A stretch of DNA of 64,000 nucleotides, from NCBI GenBank assembly GCA_036402955.1, contig DASWRX010000371.1:5204-69203 (forward strand). The letters are read 5' to 3'. Each line of letters starts with the position of its first letter. Within the stretch, counting starts at the first letter, position 1. This document shows positions 42,616 through 53,203 of this stretch, one piece after another. Position numbers and translations under genes: made by a program. The notes beneath the pieces were generated by a model that saw nothing but the letters and a program-made list of their open reading frames with translations, did not search any database and was not told where the DNA came from. This stretch comes from Thermoanaerobaculia bacterium. Its GTDB lineage: Bacteria > Acidobacteriota > Thermoanaerobaculia > Multivoradales > UBA5704.

Positions 42616-43215
42616 TTACGACTCGGCAACGTAGGCTTTGCCGCTATGGATCTCACGCGAGGCGCGCGTCAGCAGCGCCTCGCCCAAATCATGAAGCCGG
42701 GACGCCACGCTGGCGTCGATCTTCCGCCCCTCGACCTCGATCACCAGGCCGCCGATCACCGACGGATCGACCTTCTCGATCAGCGTCGGCTTGCGGCTCG
42801 TGGAGGTGGCGAGGGCCTCGTTCAGCCGGGCGCGGAGGGGTTCGGTGAGCGGCACGGCGGTGCGGACGTGGACGTCCATCCAGCCGCGCAGGTCCCGCAG
42901 CTCCTTGCGGTACGCCACGGCTATGGCGCGGAGCGCGGAGAGCCGCCCCTTGCGATTGACCACCAGGAGCGAGTCGACCAGCAGGTCGCTCGCCTGGCCC
43001 CGGAAGGCGTGCTCGATCGCCTGCGCGCGGGGCCCCTCCTCGATCAGCGGGCTGGCCAGGAACCGCTCGAGCTCCGGGTTCCTGTCGAGGTACTCGACGA
43101 GGCCGTTCAGCTCCTCGAGCAGCTCTTCGGCCTGTCGCTTCTCCTCGGCGACGTGCAGGATCGCCGCCGCGTACAGACGGCCGATCTCCCGTTCGCGTTC
43201 GTCGACGCTCGCCAT
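42616..43215 (-). CDS. atpH: F1 ATP synthase delta (OSCP) subunit
   Basis: OSCP-type helical N-terminal domain plus C-terminal domain; supported by operon position. Confidence 0.85.
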   Translation of the reverse strand: MASVDEREREIGRLYAAAILHVAEEKRQAEELLEELNGLVEYLDRNPELERFLASPLIEEGPRAQAIEHAFRGQASDLLVDSLLVVNRKGRLSALRAIAVAYRKELRDLRGWMDVHVRTAVPLTEPLRARLNEALATSTSRKPTLIEKVDPSVIGGLVIEVEGRKIDASVASRLHDLGEALLTRASREIHSGKAYVAES

Positions 43216-43217
43216 GG

Positions 43218-43853
43218 CTAGTGCGCCCGCGTGTCCGCACCGCCGGCCGCGCCGGCGGTGATGCCGTCGATCGCCTCGGCGATCAGGCGTTCATGGTCCT
43301 GGGCCGACAGCTCGCGGCCGATGACGCGGGCCGCGAGGTCGGTCGCCAGCTTGGCGGTGAGCTGGTAGAGGTCGCGGGTGGCGGTGACGGTGGCGAGGTG
43401 GATCTCGCGCCGGGCGCGCTCGATCATCTTGTCGGCCTCCACCTTGGCGGCCTCCTCGATCTTGCGCTTCACCACCTCGGCGTCGCGGCGGCCCTCGTCG
43501 ACGATCGCCGTCGCCTCGGCCCGCGACTTGGCCAGCCGCTCCTCGTACTCGCGCAGCCGGGCCTCGGCCTCATCGCGGTCCCGCTTGGCCTTGGCGAGCG
43601 CCTCGTGGATGAAGCTCTCGCGGGCCTGCAGCGTCTTGAGGATCGGCCCCCAGGCGAACTTGCCGAGGATGATCAGCACGAGGACGAAGATCAGGATCGT
43701 CCAGACGGAGTTGCCGAGATCGCCCGCGAACAGGCTGGGCTCCCCCTCCGCCTCGGCGGCCAGCGCGGGGAGCGCCGTCATCAGGAGCATCAGCAGCGCG
43801 GCCATGGCGAACAACGCTCTCTTGGCCGTTCGGTTCATCATGCGGATCGTCAT
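43218..43853 (-). CDS. atpF: Fo ATP synthase subunit b
   Basis: Single N-terminal TM helix followed by a long charged coiled-coil (EARLREYEERLAKSRAEA...). Confidence 0.8.
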   Translation of the reverse strand: MTIRMMNRTAKRALFAMAALLMLLMTALPALAAEAEGEPSLFAGDLGNSVWTILIFVLVLIILGKFAWGPILKTLQARESFIHEALAKAKRDRDEAEARLREYEERLAKSRAEATAIVDEGRRDAEVVKRKIEEAAKVEADKMIERARREIHLATVTATRDLYQLTAKLATDLAARVIGRELSAQDHERLIAEAIDGITAGAAGGADTRAH

Positions 43854-43920
43854 GAAAATACTCGCGTTCAAAGCCCCTCCCTGGAGCGGAAAGGGGCGTC
43901 TCATGGGATTGTCTGCGGCC

Positions 43921-44352
<432 letters not shown>

Positions 44353-45231
44353 TCAGTGCGCCTGCGTCCCCGTGGCGTGGTCGTCGTGCTCGTCGTGATG
44401 ATGGAAGACGATCGACTGGCCGATGAAAAGGGTGGTCAGGAAGGTGAAAATGAAGGCCTGCAGAAACGCGACGAACATCTCCAGCAGGGTGATGGCGACG
44501 CTGCCCAGCACCACCGGGACGGCGACGCCGAGCGCGGACGCGATGCCGTTCGCCGCGGCCGAGAAGATGAAGCTCACCAGCACCGCCAGCAGCACGTGTC
44601 CGGCCACCATATTGGCGCACAGCCGGACGATCAGCGCGAAGATGCGGGCGAACAGGCCGACGATCTCGATCGGGATCAGCAGCGGCGACAGCCACCAGGG
44701 GCCGGGGTTGAAGTGGGCGAAGAACTCCTTGCCGCCCAGCCGGATGCCGTTGAAGATCACCATCCCCAGCGTCATCAGGGCCAAGGTCGCGGTGACCCAT
44801 ACGTTCGCCGTCGCCGCGCCGCCGATGTGCGCGCCGAACAGCCGGATGCCGCTGATCGGCAGCAGGCCCAGCAGGTTGACCGCTAGGACGAAGAAGAAGA
44901 CCGTCCAGACGAACTTGATGAAGCGGTCGGTGTATTCGCCCAGGGCCGGCTGCGCAACCTCCTTGCGCAGATACTCGCAGATCGCCTCGATGGCATTGCC
45001 GGCGCCGGTCGGCACTAGCGAGTCGACCTCGCCCGTCCCCCGCCGGCGGCGCGCCGAGAACGGCACCAGCAGAATCAGCAGCAGCCCCGCGAGCATCATC
45101 ATCACGATGTGGCTGTCCAGCAGCGTGATCCTGCCGTCCGGGGTGAACACCCCCAAGTCGGCGGGACGTTGGATCATCGGATGCCGCACGATGTGCTCGA
45201 GCGGGTTCTCTGCCAGGAACGCGAGGAACAT
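44353..45231 (-). CDS. atpB: Fo ATP synthase subunit a
   Basis: Conserved ARIFALIVRLCANMVAGH stator arginine region. His/Asp-rich C-terminal tail HHHDEHDDHATGTQAH. Confidence 0.9.
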   Translation of the reverse strand: MFLAFLAENPLEHIVRHPMIQRPADLGVFTPDGRITLLDSHIVMMMLAGLLLILLVPFSARRRRGTGEVDSLVPTGAGNAIEAICEYLRKEVAQPALGEYTDRFIKFVWTVFFFVLAVNLLGLLPISGIRLFGAHIGGAATANVWVTATLALMTLGMVIFNGIRLGGKEFFAHFNPGPWWLSPLLIPIEIVGLFARIFALIVRLCANMVAGHVLLAVLVSFIFSAAANGIASALGVAVPVVLGSVAITLLEMFVAFLQAFIFTFLTTLFIGQSIVFHHHDEHDDHATGTQAH

Positions 45232-45261
45232 TCTTGCCGTCTCCGTCGAATCGCTACTGAA

Positions 45262-45654
45262 TCAAAAACCGCGGACCGCGTACCAGACGTCGAGCGCGAG
45301 CTGCGCCACATACCCCAGCGCGATCCAGATCAACAGGGGGCCGCTCTCGAACCAGCCGGACAGCCCCACCGAAAGCCCCAGCACCACCACCGTCGCCGCC
45401 CGCACCCCCATCGAGATCAACCCCTGGAGCGGCGAGGCTGTGGCCCCTGGCCGCCGGGAGAGCGCGATGGGCAGCGCGCCCACCGCCGAGGCGACCACCC
45501 CGATGGCGCACCCCGCCAGCATCGCCGGGAGAGCGCCCTCGCCTCCCAGCCGCCGCGTCGGCGCGTATCCCAGCAGGACGGCGGCGGCGCCGACCGCGAC
45601 CGCGCACACCAGGAACCGCAGGTATCCTGCCAAGGGCGACCGGGAGGCGGTCAT
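45262..45654 (-). CDS. atpI: ATP synthase protein I-like small membrane protein
   Basis: Small hydrophobic protein immediately upstream of atpB. Start at MTASRSP, overlapping the atpZ stop (ATGA). Confidence 0.6.
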   Translation of the reverse strand: MTASRSPLAGYLRFLVCAVAVGAAAVLLGYAPTRRLGGEGALPAMLAGCAIGVVASAVGALPIALSRRPGATASPLQGLISMGVRAATVVVLGLSVGLSGWFESGPLLIWIALGYVAQLALDVWYAVRGF

Positions 45655-45920
45655 CGCGGCCCGTCGCCGTTCGTTTTCTTGATCTCGCGACCGGACGCTC
45701 GGCTGGCGAGCATCGACTGGCGAATCAGGTTGTAGGTGCCGCCGACCAGACCCAGGAAGAGGCCGATCAGGATGCCCCACGGGCCGGTCCCGAAATGACC
45801 ATCCCACCAGTAGCCTGCCAGCGTGAGCCCCACGACCGCGCCGACGAACTCGAACCCGAGGCCGGACAGCCTGGATGAACTCTTCCTGGACTCTGGTTCC
45901 TCAGGCAGTTCCGCTGGCAT
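45651..45920 (-). CDS. atpZ: AtpZ/ATPase_gene1 family small membrane protein
   Basis: FVGAVVGLTLAGYWWDGHFGTGPWGILIGLFLGLVGGTY is the Gly-zipper pattern of the AtpZ family; it is the first gene of the atp operon. Confidence 0.65.
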   Translation of the reverse strand: MPAELPEEPESRKSSSRLSGLGFEFVGAVVGLTLAGYWWDGHFGTGPWGILIGLFLGLVGGTYNLIRQSMLASRASGREIKKTNGDGPR

Positions 45921-46019
45921 TCAGGGGCCTCCCGGGAAACCCACACCTCTCCCAAGCGCAGGCGGAGTCTAGCAGGTTCAGGCGAGCTTGTGAAGACATT
46001 CACAAGCAGAAAGCGCGCG

Positions 46020-46505
46020 TCAGTCCCGGATCACCGGCAGCAGCGACGCGGACGGCAGGTCGAGGGGCACGGAGATCCGCTGCGTCAGGATCTCGCGTTG
46101 GCGGCTGACCAGCTCCTCGAGGGTCATGGCGGAGAGGATACGCTCGACCTCCTTCTTGACCTCCAGGAAGACCTCGCGGATGGCGCAGAACTCGGTCCCC
46201 ACGTCGATCGTGCAGGGGAGGGCGAGAATCTGGTCGATGCCTGTAGTCTGCCCCTCGAGCGTCACCAGGATGTGCCGCAGGCTGATCTGGGAGGCCGGCC
46301 GGGCGAGCGCGTGGCCCCCCTGCGGGCCGCGGTTGGACTGGATCAGCCGGTCCCTGGAGAGCAGGGCGAGGATCTGGCGCAGATAGGGCTCGGGGATGCC
46401 TTGGTGCGAGGCGATCTCGTGGCTCGTCACCGGCCCCTGCTCGCCCTTCATGGCGATGTAGAGCATCGCCCGGATGCCGTACTCGCCCTTGGTGGAGATT
46501 TTCAT
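46020..46505 (-). CDS. Rrf2 family transcriptional regulator
   Basis: MKISTKGEYGIRAMLYIA...SHEIASHQGIPEPYLRQILALL winged HTH. Three spaced Cys (PC..x..C) suggest an Fe-S cluster. Confidence 0.85.
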   Translation of the reverse strand: MKISTKGEYGIRAMLYIAMKGEQGPVTSHEIASHQGIPEPYLRQILALLSRDRLIQSNRGPQGGHALARPASQISLRHILVTLEGQTTGIDQILALPCTIDVGTEFCAIREVFLEVKKEVERILSAMTLEELVSRQREILTQRISVPLDLPSASLLPVIRD

Positions 46506-46517
46506 CGTGGTTCCTGC

Positions 46518-47252
46518 TCAAAAGTCTAGCATACCGGCCGCCCACCGCCGTCCCGCGCGGCCGGCCCGTTCGGCCTCGACGAGCTCCGGCAGGGCGTCGA
46601 GGTCGCGCAGGTCGCCGCCGCCGGTGTTGCGGGTGAGGTGGAGGGCCTTCATCCCCGCGGCGACCGCCCCCTCGACGTCCTCGAGGCGCCCGTCCCCCAC
46701 GTGGAGGGCCGCGGCGGGCTCGACGCCGAGCTCCTCCAGGACATGGAGGAAAATCCGGCGGTCGGGCTTCTCGACCCCCACCTTGGCCGAGTAGGCGATC
46801 GAGCCGAAGTACCGGGCGAGCCGCAGCTTCCCCAGCAGGTCCGGCAGGCGGTGGTCCCAGTTGCTGACGACCCCCAGCCGCAGCCCCTGCCGCCTGAGCT
46901 CGGTCAGCACCTTCACGGTCTCCGGATAGACCTCCCAGGCCGCCGCCGTGCCGAAGCGGTGGAAGAGCTCCGCCGCCGCGAACCGCGACGGGGGCGGAGC
47001 CCCCTTCAGCTCGCACATCCGTTCGAGGAACCGCCGCCACCAGCCGCGCTCCCCCTCCGGGTGCGCGCTGAAGCGGTCGTGGCCCGGATCGGCGCTGCAC
47101 GACAGCTCCTGCCAGACCACCGAGATCAGCCGCCGCGCTTCGTCGGCATCGACGTCGACGCCGTGGCGGCGGAGGACCTCGGCGTAGACGTCACCGAGGC
47201 GCGGGCTGTGGATCAAGGTGTGGGTGACGTCGAAGGTGACCGCCCGGATCAT
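46518..47252 (-). CDS. HAD-superfamily hydrolase
   Basis: AVTFDVTHTLI (motif I DxD/T variant), GVVSNWD and HVGDGRLEDVEGAVAAGMKAL. Start taken at MIRAV, codon 82 of the track ORF. Confidence 0.75.
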   Translation of the reverse strand: MIRAVTFDVTHTLIHSPRLGDVYAEVLRRHGVDVDADEARRLISVVWQELSCSADPGHDRFSAHPEGERGWWRRFLERMCELKGAPPPSRFAAAELFHRFGTAAAWEVYPETVKVLTELRRQGLRLGVVSNWDHRLPDLLGKLRLARYFGSIAYSAKVGVEKPDRRIFLHVLEELGVEPAAALHVGDGRLEDVEGAVAAGMKALHLTRNTGGGDLRDLDALPELVEAERAGRAGRRWAAGMLDF

Positions 47253-47494
47253 GCTCCCAGGATACCGGATCTGGCGCCTGTGGTACCGTGGCTCGATGCG
47301 CTCCCCCCTGATCCGCGCCGCGACCGCCCTGCTCCTGTTCTCGAGCTGGCTCGCGCTGCTCTTCTCGGGCTTCGCCTTCCACGGCGGTGTCCACCTGCTG
47401 CCCCTGGCGGCGCTGATCGTGTTCCCGTGGCGGGCGATGGGGCCGTCCGTGTTCTCCGGCCGGCGGTCGAGATCCGACCCGCCTTGAAAAACCA

Positions 47495-48268
47495 CTACCC
47501 ACGGAAGGCCTCCACCGGGTTTGACAATACTCCGAGCCCGGACACCTCGATCTCCACCCGGTCGCCGTCGTTCAGGGGACCGACGCCCGCCGGAGTGCCG
47601 GTGAGCAGCACGTCCCCCGGCTCCAGAGTCATCATCCGCGACACGTAGGCCAGCAGATCCGCGATGGGGAAGACCATCAGCCGCGTGTGCCCGCGCTGGC
47701 GCTCGGCGCCGTTGACGCGGGTGACGACCTCCAGATCCTCCAGGTCCGCGCCCACCAGGATCGCCGGCCCGAGAGGGCAGAAGGTGTCGAACCCCTTGGC
47801 GCGGGCGAACCGGCCGTCCTTCTTCTGGAGATCGCGGGCGGTCACATCGTTGGCGCAGGTGACGCCGAGGACGGCCTGCCGCGCCTCGGCCGCCGAGGCC
47901 CGCGTCAGCCGGCGGCGCAGCACCACCGCGATCTCCCCCTCGTGCTCGACCCGCTGGCTCTCCGGCGGCAGCACGATCGGCGCGTTCGGGGCGTTCAGCG
48001 CCGACGGCGCCTTGAGGAAGAACAGCGGTTCCTGCGGTACCTCGTTGCCGAGCTCCTTCGCGTGCTCGGCGTAGTTGCGCCCGATCGCCACGATCTTGCT
48101 CGGTCGCGCCGGCACCAGGAGCGCGGCGCCGGGATCGGCGTCCGGCCCGAAGCGCCAGTCGCCGGGAAGGGTCTCGAAGGGGTCGGAGGAGAGGACGCGG
48201 AGCCGGTGCGGGGATTCCGGATCGGCGGCGGCCCAGAAGCCTTGGGGGGCGATGCGGTAGAGGAGCAT
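47495..48268 (-). CDS. Fumarylacetoacetate hydrolase (FAH) family protein
   Basis: KIVAIGRNYAEHAKE..., HEGEIAVV, GTPAGVG. Confidence 0.85.
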   Translation of the reverse strand: MLLYRIAPQGFWAAADPESPHRLRVLSSDPFETLPGDWRFGPDADPGAALLVPARPSKIVAIGRNYAEHAKELGNEVPQEPLFFLKAPSALNAPNAPIVLPPESQRVEHEGEIAVVLRRRLTRASAAEARQAVLGVTCANDVTARDLQKKDGRFARAKGFDTFCPLGPAILVGADLEDLEVVTRVNGAERQRGHTRLMVFPIADLLAYVSRMMTLEPGDVLLTGTPAGVGPLNDGDRVEIEVSGLGVLSNPVEAFRG

Positions 48269-48315
48269 GGTCGCGATTCTACCCGTGTGACGTACGATTC
48301 GCCTCGGGAAAGGGG

Positions 48316-49023
48316 ATGACGATGACGCGCCGACTTCTGCTGATCAGCAACTCCACCACTCACGGGGAAGGCTATCTCGACCACGTCCTCCCGGAGATCG
48401 ATGCCTTCCTGGGAACGGTCCGCCGCCTGGTCTTCGTCCCCTTCGCCCTGAAGGAGCGGGAGGCATATGGCGCCAGGGTCCGGCAGCGGCTGGCGGCGGT
48501 GGGGATCGAGGTGGAGACGCTGACGGCGGACGAGGCCGGGCGTCGGCTCGCCCGGGAGGCGGAGGCCTTCTTCACCGGCGGGGGGAACACCTTCCGATTG
48601 CTCAAGGCGCTCCAGGGTTCGCGCCTCCTCCCTATCCTGCGCGAGCGGGCCCTCGCCGGCGTTCCCTACCTGGGATCCAGCGCCGGCACCAACATCGCCG
48701 CGCCGACGATCCGGACGACCAACGACATGCCCATCGTCCAGCCCGCCTCCTTCAAGGCCCTGGGGCTCGTCCCGTTCCAGATCAATCCCCATTACCTGGA
48801 CCCGGACCCCGGCTCCACCCACATGGGCGAGACCCGCGAGCAGCGGCTCAGGGAGTTCCACGAGGAGAACGAGACGCCGGTGGTCGGCCTGCGCGAGGGG
48901 GCCTGGATCCGCGTCGAAGGGGACCGCGCCACCCTGGGTGGCGTCCGGGGAGCGCGGATCTTCCGGCGGGGGTGGGAGCCGGAGGAGCGGCGGACGGGGG
49001 AGTCGCTGGACGATCTCTTGTAG
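48316..49023 (+). CDS. pepE: Dipeptidase E-like (peptidase S51 / cyanophycinase-like) protein
   Basis: LLLISNSTTHGEGYL, AFFTGGGNTFRLL, LGSSAGTNIA. Confidence 0.75.
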   Translation: MTMTRRLLLISNSTTHGEGYLDHVLPEIDAFLGTVRRLVFVPFALKEREAYGARVRQRLAAVGIEVETLTADEAGRRLAREAEAFFTGGGNTFRLLKALQGSRLLPILRERALAGVPYLGSSAGTNIAAPTIRTTNDMPIVQPASFKALGLVPFQINPHYLDPDPGSTHMGETREQRLREFHEENETPVVGLREGAWIRVEGDRATLGGVRGARIFRRGWEPEERRTGESLDDLL

Positions 49024-49103
49024 CGACGATCCTCAGTCCCCCTACGCCACACCTTCTCCCTTGCGAGCGGCTTACCGTTTCAGAGCGCCTCCGCCCCCCG
49101 TCC

Positions 49104-50225
49104 TCACTTCCTCAGATACCGGCGATCGAAAATGTTGCTGAAGCTCCGGTCCGGCGCGAAGCTCTCCCAGACCACGATAAAGCCGCCGTCGGCGCCGATC
49201 CCCACCTGCGGGAGCTCCTGCGAGCCCTGCTTGCGCACGTTGACGCGCAGTTGGGGGCCGAGGGGAGCGCCGTCCGACTTGAAGCGCCGGGCGAAGACGT
49301 TGGTGCCGTCCTGGGCCGAGGTGCCCGGCGCCTCCCAGGCCAGGACGAAATTGCCCTGCCCGCCCATGGCCATATCGTAGTCGCCCCCTGCCGGCAGCCG
49401 CAGGACGCTCCCGATCGGGGTGGTGTCCGCCTTGTACCGCTGCCCGAGGACGGTCGGTCCGGCGCCCCAGAGGATCAGGAAGTTGCCGCTGTCGTCCTTG
49501 GCGATGTGCAGGGGCTGGGGAGTCGTCACGTTGGCCACCACGAAGCGCCCGCCGGCCGTGCCACCCTGCGGCGTGAACCGCCGGGCCACGATGTTGCCGC
49601 TCCTCCAGGCCACCACGAACGCGCCCTGGGGGCCCACGGCGACGACCGGATCGGTGCCCGCCGGATCGACCACGATCTCGGAGCCTCCCGCGTGGCTCGC
49701 CTCGAAGACTCGGGCTCGGACCGACGGCGCGCTCCCCTGCCAGACCACCACGAGCCCGCCGTCCCCCTGGGTGGAGATCGAGAAGCTCGGCGACGCCTGG
49801 CGCGTCACGAGGACGTCGTCCCCGTCCTGAGCGCCATTGGGAGCGTACCAGCGGGCCAGCAGGTCCAGGTTGGCGCCGTCCGCTTTCGGAAAGATCACGA
49901 CGAAGGAGCCGTTGTCCATCATCGCGGCCGCGGAGCTCGTGGGGAGGTCCAGGGCCTGGTCCGAGACCAGGAGCTCGCCGGTCGCGGGGGTGCCGTCGGC
50001 CTTGAAGCTCACGGCCTCGAGGGAGCGCTCACCACTGCTCGGATCGGTGACCACCCAGGTCACCACGAACTGGCCCGCTCGGTTCGTCGCCAAGTGGGGG
50101 AACTGCTGAAGCTCCCGCGAGTCGGCGCTGACACGGACTTCCCCGGTCAGGGGGCGCTGGGCAAACAGGAGAGAGGGGACGGCGAGGAACAGCAACAACG
50201 AGCTCAGGACACGAACGGGTCGCAT
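49104..50225 (-). CDS. Secreted hypothetical protein with ~8 degenerate G-x-F-V-V-x-W repeats
   Basis: Signal peptide MRPVRVLSSLLLFLAVPSLLFAQ. Repeats: QFVVTWV, SFVVIFP, GLVVVWQ, AFVVAWR, RFVVANV, NFLILWG, NFVLAWE, GFIVVWE. Confidence 0.55.
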   Translation of the reverse strand: MRPVRVLSSLLLFLAVPSLLFAQRPLTGEVRVSADSRELQQFPHLATNRAGQFVVTWVVTDPSSGERSLEAVSFKADGTPATGELLVSDQALDLPTSSAAAMMDNGSFVVIFPKADGANLDLLARWYAPNGAQDGDDVLVTRQASPSFSISTQGDGGLVVVWQGSAPSVRARVFEASHAGGSEIVVDPAGTDPVVAVGPQGAFVVAWRSGNIVARRFTPQGGTAGGRFVVANVTTPQPLHIAKDDSGNFLILWGAGPTVLGQRYKADTTPIGSVLRLPAGGDYDMAMGGQGNFVLAWEAPGTSAQDGTNVFARRFKSDGAPLGPQLRVNVRKQGSQELPQVGIGADGGFIVVWESFAPDRSFSNIFDRRYLRK

Positions 50226-50328
50226 AATGCCTCCTTTGACGCGGCTCCCGGGAAGGAGAGCCGCAAGGTGGTACTGCATTCAATGGGAGGAGGCGTTTTC
50301 TGACTGGAAAGAACGTCAAGGGGACTGG

Positions 50329-50733
50329 CTAGGAGGGCGGCCCCAGCAGCTCGACGACTGGGCCATCCTCCAAGCCGCGAGCGGCCTTGGCGAGTGGCCG
50401 ATCGAAGGTGGCGAATCGTTCGGCCTCTCCGCTGGAGGAAAGGTGGAGGGCATCCGCAAAATCCAGGCCCCGCTCGACAAGCATGAGCGCCCGCAGCACG
50501 GCTTCCCGATCCTCGAATTGAATCCGGGGATAACCCAAGAGCTTACGGAAGACGTCGCGGATGGATTCCGGATCGAGGTTATAGCTGTACCTCAGCACCC
50601 ATTCGGTCTCGAGGAGGACCGTTTTGCAGATGCGGAGGCGATCGGCTTCGAAGATTTCCAGCGCGGCTTTGAGCTGTCCGGGATCGTCCGCCGTCACGAC
50701 CCGGACGATGACGTTAGTGTCGAGCGCGATCAC
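50329..50733 (-). CDS. vapC: PIN-domain toxin VapC
   Basis: VIALDTNVIVR...LETEW...DALHLSSS. GTG start overlaps the vapB stop (GTGA). Confidence 0.8.
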   Translation of the reverse strand: MIALDTNVIVRVVTADDPGQLKAALEIFEADRLRICKTVLLETEWVLRYSYNLDPESIRDVFRKLLGYPRIQFEDREAVLRALMLVERGLDFADALHLSSSGEAERFATFDRPLAKAARGLEDGPVVELLGPPS

Positions 50734-51002
50734 CGGTGCTCCCGAGCACCGCGGGCAATACCGGCTTCCATCTCCTCGAGACTGCGGGCAGGGCCCTTGT
50801 ATCCGGCGCAGCCCACGAGATCCTTCAGCGTCGTCGCGGGAAGGGCCTCGGCGCGGCGCAGGATCACCGAATTCCCACGGTCTTCGACGAGGAGGTCCGT
50901 TCCCGCGGTCCAGCCGAGACGCTCCCGGATCTCCTTCGGAAGGATGAGCTGCCCCTTCGTGGAAAGTCGCGTCGTCTGGGAACGGGCTGAGGATTTGGCC
51001 AT
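50730..51002 (-). CDS. vapB: AbrB/MazE/SpoVT-type antitoxin VapB
   Basis: RLSTKGQLILPKEIRERLGW...GTDLLVEDRGNSVIL is a swapped-hairpin beta-barrel motif. Confidence 0.8.
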   Translation of the reverse strand: MAKSSARSQTTRLSTKGQLILPKEIRERLGWTAGTDLLVEDRGNSVILRRAEALPATTLKDLVGCAGYKGPARSLEEMEAGIARGAREHR

Positions 51003-51144
51003 GGCTTCTCCAGAGGTAAGACTCCGGTAAGATCATTTTACCCGCCGGGCCAGGCCCATGCAATCAGGTCGAACCCTTCAGGCGCCCCCGGTATAGAATT
51101 CCCACCGTCCAGGAGTCGCCAACCGTCGCGGAGGAAGCCAGCCC

Positions 51145-53082
51145 ATGATCCCCGTCAAGCCCCAGATCGCGGAGCGCGCCTACGTCAAGAGCCTAGCGGA
51201 GTATCAGGAGATGTACCGGCGCTCGATCGAGGCGCCCGAGGAGTTCTGGCGCGAGGCGGCCGGGATCCTCGACTGGTATCACCCGCCCCGCAACATCATG
51301 GACGTGGACCCGAAGGAGGTGGATTTCTCCTGGTATTCCGGGGGCCGCCTCAACGCCTGCTACAACTGCGTCGACCGCCACCTCCCAGAGCGCGGCGAGC
51401 AGACCGCCATCATCTGGGCCGGCGACGAGCCCGGCGACTATCGGTACATCTCTTTCCGCGAGATCAAGCACAACGTCGCCCGCATCGCCAACGTCCTGCT
51501 CGCCCACGGCGTGAAGAAGGGGGACCGGGTCTGCATCTACCTCCCAATGATCCCTGAGCTCGCCTACACCATGCTCGCCTGCGCCCGTATCGGCGCCGTC
51601 CACTCGGTGGTCTTCGCCGGCTTCTCGGCCGAGTCGCTGCGCGACCGCATCCTGGACGCCGGCTGCAAGGTGGTGTTCACCGCCAACGAGGGGCTGCGCG
51701 GCGGCCGGCGCATCCCGCTCAAGGCGACCGTGGACCAGGCGGTCGAGGGATTGGAGATCGTCGAGAAGGTCTTCGTCGTCCGCCGCACGGAGAAGGGCGT
51801 GCCGATGCGGACCGGCCGCGACCTGTGGCTGGAGGAGGAGACGGTGAAGCAGCGCTCGACCTGCCCCATCGAGTGGATGGCCGCGGAGGACCCGCTCTTC
51901 ATCCTCTACACCTCGGGCTCGACGGGGAAGCCCAAAGGCGTGCTCCACACCACCGCCGGCTATCTCGTCTATGCCGCGACGACCCACAAGTACGTGTTCG
52001 ACTATCACCCGGGCGACATCTATTGCTGCGCCGCCGACATCGGCTGGGTCACCGGCCACAGCTACATCCTTTACGGACCGCTGACGAACGGCGCGACGAC
52101 GGTGATGTTCGAGTCGATCCCCACCTATCCGGACCCCGGGCGCTATTGGCGGATGATTGACGACCTCGGGATCAACATCTTCTATACGGCGCCGACGGCC
52201 ATCCGGGCGATCGCCCGCTCCGGCGACGAGTGGGTCAAGAAGTACCGCCGCGCCTCGCTGCGCATCCTGGGCTCGGTGGGCGAGCCGATCAACCCGGAGG
52301 TCTGGCTCTGGTACCACGACGTGGTGGGCGAGGGGCGGTGCGCGGTGGTGGACACCTGGTGGCAGACGGAGACCGGCGGGATCATGATCACGCCGCTGCC
52401 AGGCGCCACCCCCTGCAAGCCGGGCTCGGCGACGCTGCCGTTCTTCGGCGTCCGGCCGGTGATCGTGGACGAGAAGGGCCAGGAGCTGGTGGGCAACGAT
52501 GTCTCGGGCAACCTCTGCCTGCGGGGCACCTGGCCGGGGGAGGCGCGCACGATCTACGGCGACCACCGACGGTTCCGCGACACCTATTTCTCCCAGTTTC
52601 CCGGCCTCTACTTCACCGGCGACGGCTGCCGGCGCGACCAGGACGGCTATTACTGGATCACCGGCCGCGTGGACGACGTGCTGAACGTCTCCGGGCACCG
52701 GCTGGGGACGGCGGAGGTCGAGAGCGCGCTGGTGGCCCACGAGGCGGTGGGCGAGGCCGCGGTGGTGGGCTTCCCGCACGACATCAAGGGGACGGGCATC
52801 TTCGCCTACGTACACCCGACGCCGGAGTACGAGACCGTGGACCGCGAGGAGCTGGTCGGCGCTCTCAAGGAGCAGGTGCGCCACGTCATCGGTCCCTTCG
52901 CGACGCCGGACCGCATCCAGATCGTCACCGGGCTCCCCAAGACCCGCTCGGGCAAGATCATGCGCCGCATCCTGCGCAAGATCGCCTCCGGTGAGTACGA
53001 GGAGCTGGGCGACATCACCACCCTGGCCGACCCGTCGGTCGTGGAGAAGCTGGTGGACGATCATCGCGCCCAGAGCGTATAG
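51145..53082 (+). CDS. acs: Acetyl-coenzyme A synthetase
   Basis: [19 protein letters not shown], 645 aa full-length Acs. Confidence 0.95.
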   Translation: MIPVKPQIAERAYVKSLAEYQEMYRRSIEAPEEFWREAAGILDWYHPPRNIMDVDPKEVDFSWYSGGRLNACYNCVDRHLPERGEQTAIIWAGDEPGDYRYISFREIKHNVARIANVLLAHGVKKGDRVCIYLPMIPELAYTMLACARIGAVHSVVFAGFSAESLRDRILDAGCKVVFTANEGLRGGRRIPLKATVDQAVEGLEIVEKVFVVRRTEKGVPMRTGRDLWLEEETVKQRSTCPIEWMAAEDPLFILYTSGSTGKPKGVLHTTAGYLVYAATTHKYVFDYHPGDIYCCAADIGWVTGHSYILYGPLTNGATTVMFESIPTYPDPGRYWRMIDDLGINIFYTAPTAIRAIARSGDEWVKKYRRASLRILGSVGEPINPEVWLWYHDVVGEGRCAVVDTWWQTETGGIMITPLPGATPCKPGSATLPFFGVRPVIVDEKGQELVGNDVSGNLCLRGTWPGEARTIYGDHRRFRDTYFSQFPGLYFTGDGCRRDQDGYYWITGRVDDVLNVSGHRLGTAEVESALVAHEAVGEAAVVGFPHDIKGTGIFAYVHPTPEYETVDREELVGALKEQVRHVIGPFATPDRIQIVTGLPKTRSGKIMRRILRKIASGEYEELGDITTLADPSVVEKLVDDHRAQSV

Positions 53083-53203
53083 AGATCGGGCGCTCCGTGC
53101 TAAACTCGTGGCATCTCTTTGTTGGAGGCTCTATCTCTCCGGTCCGGCGCGCCCCCAGAGGGCGGGAGCCTCGCCCGGGACCCTCCACCTTCCCGAAAGC
53201 TCG

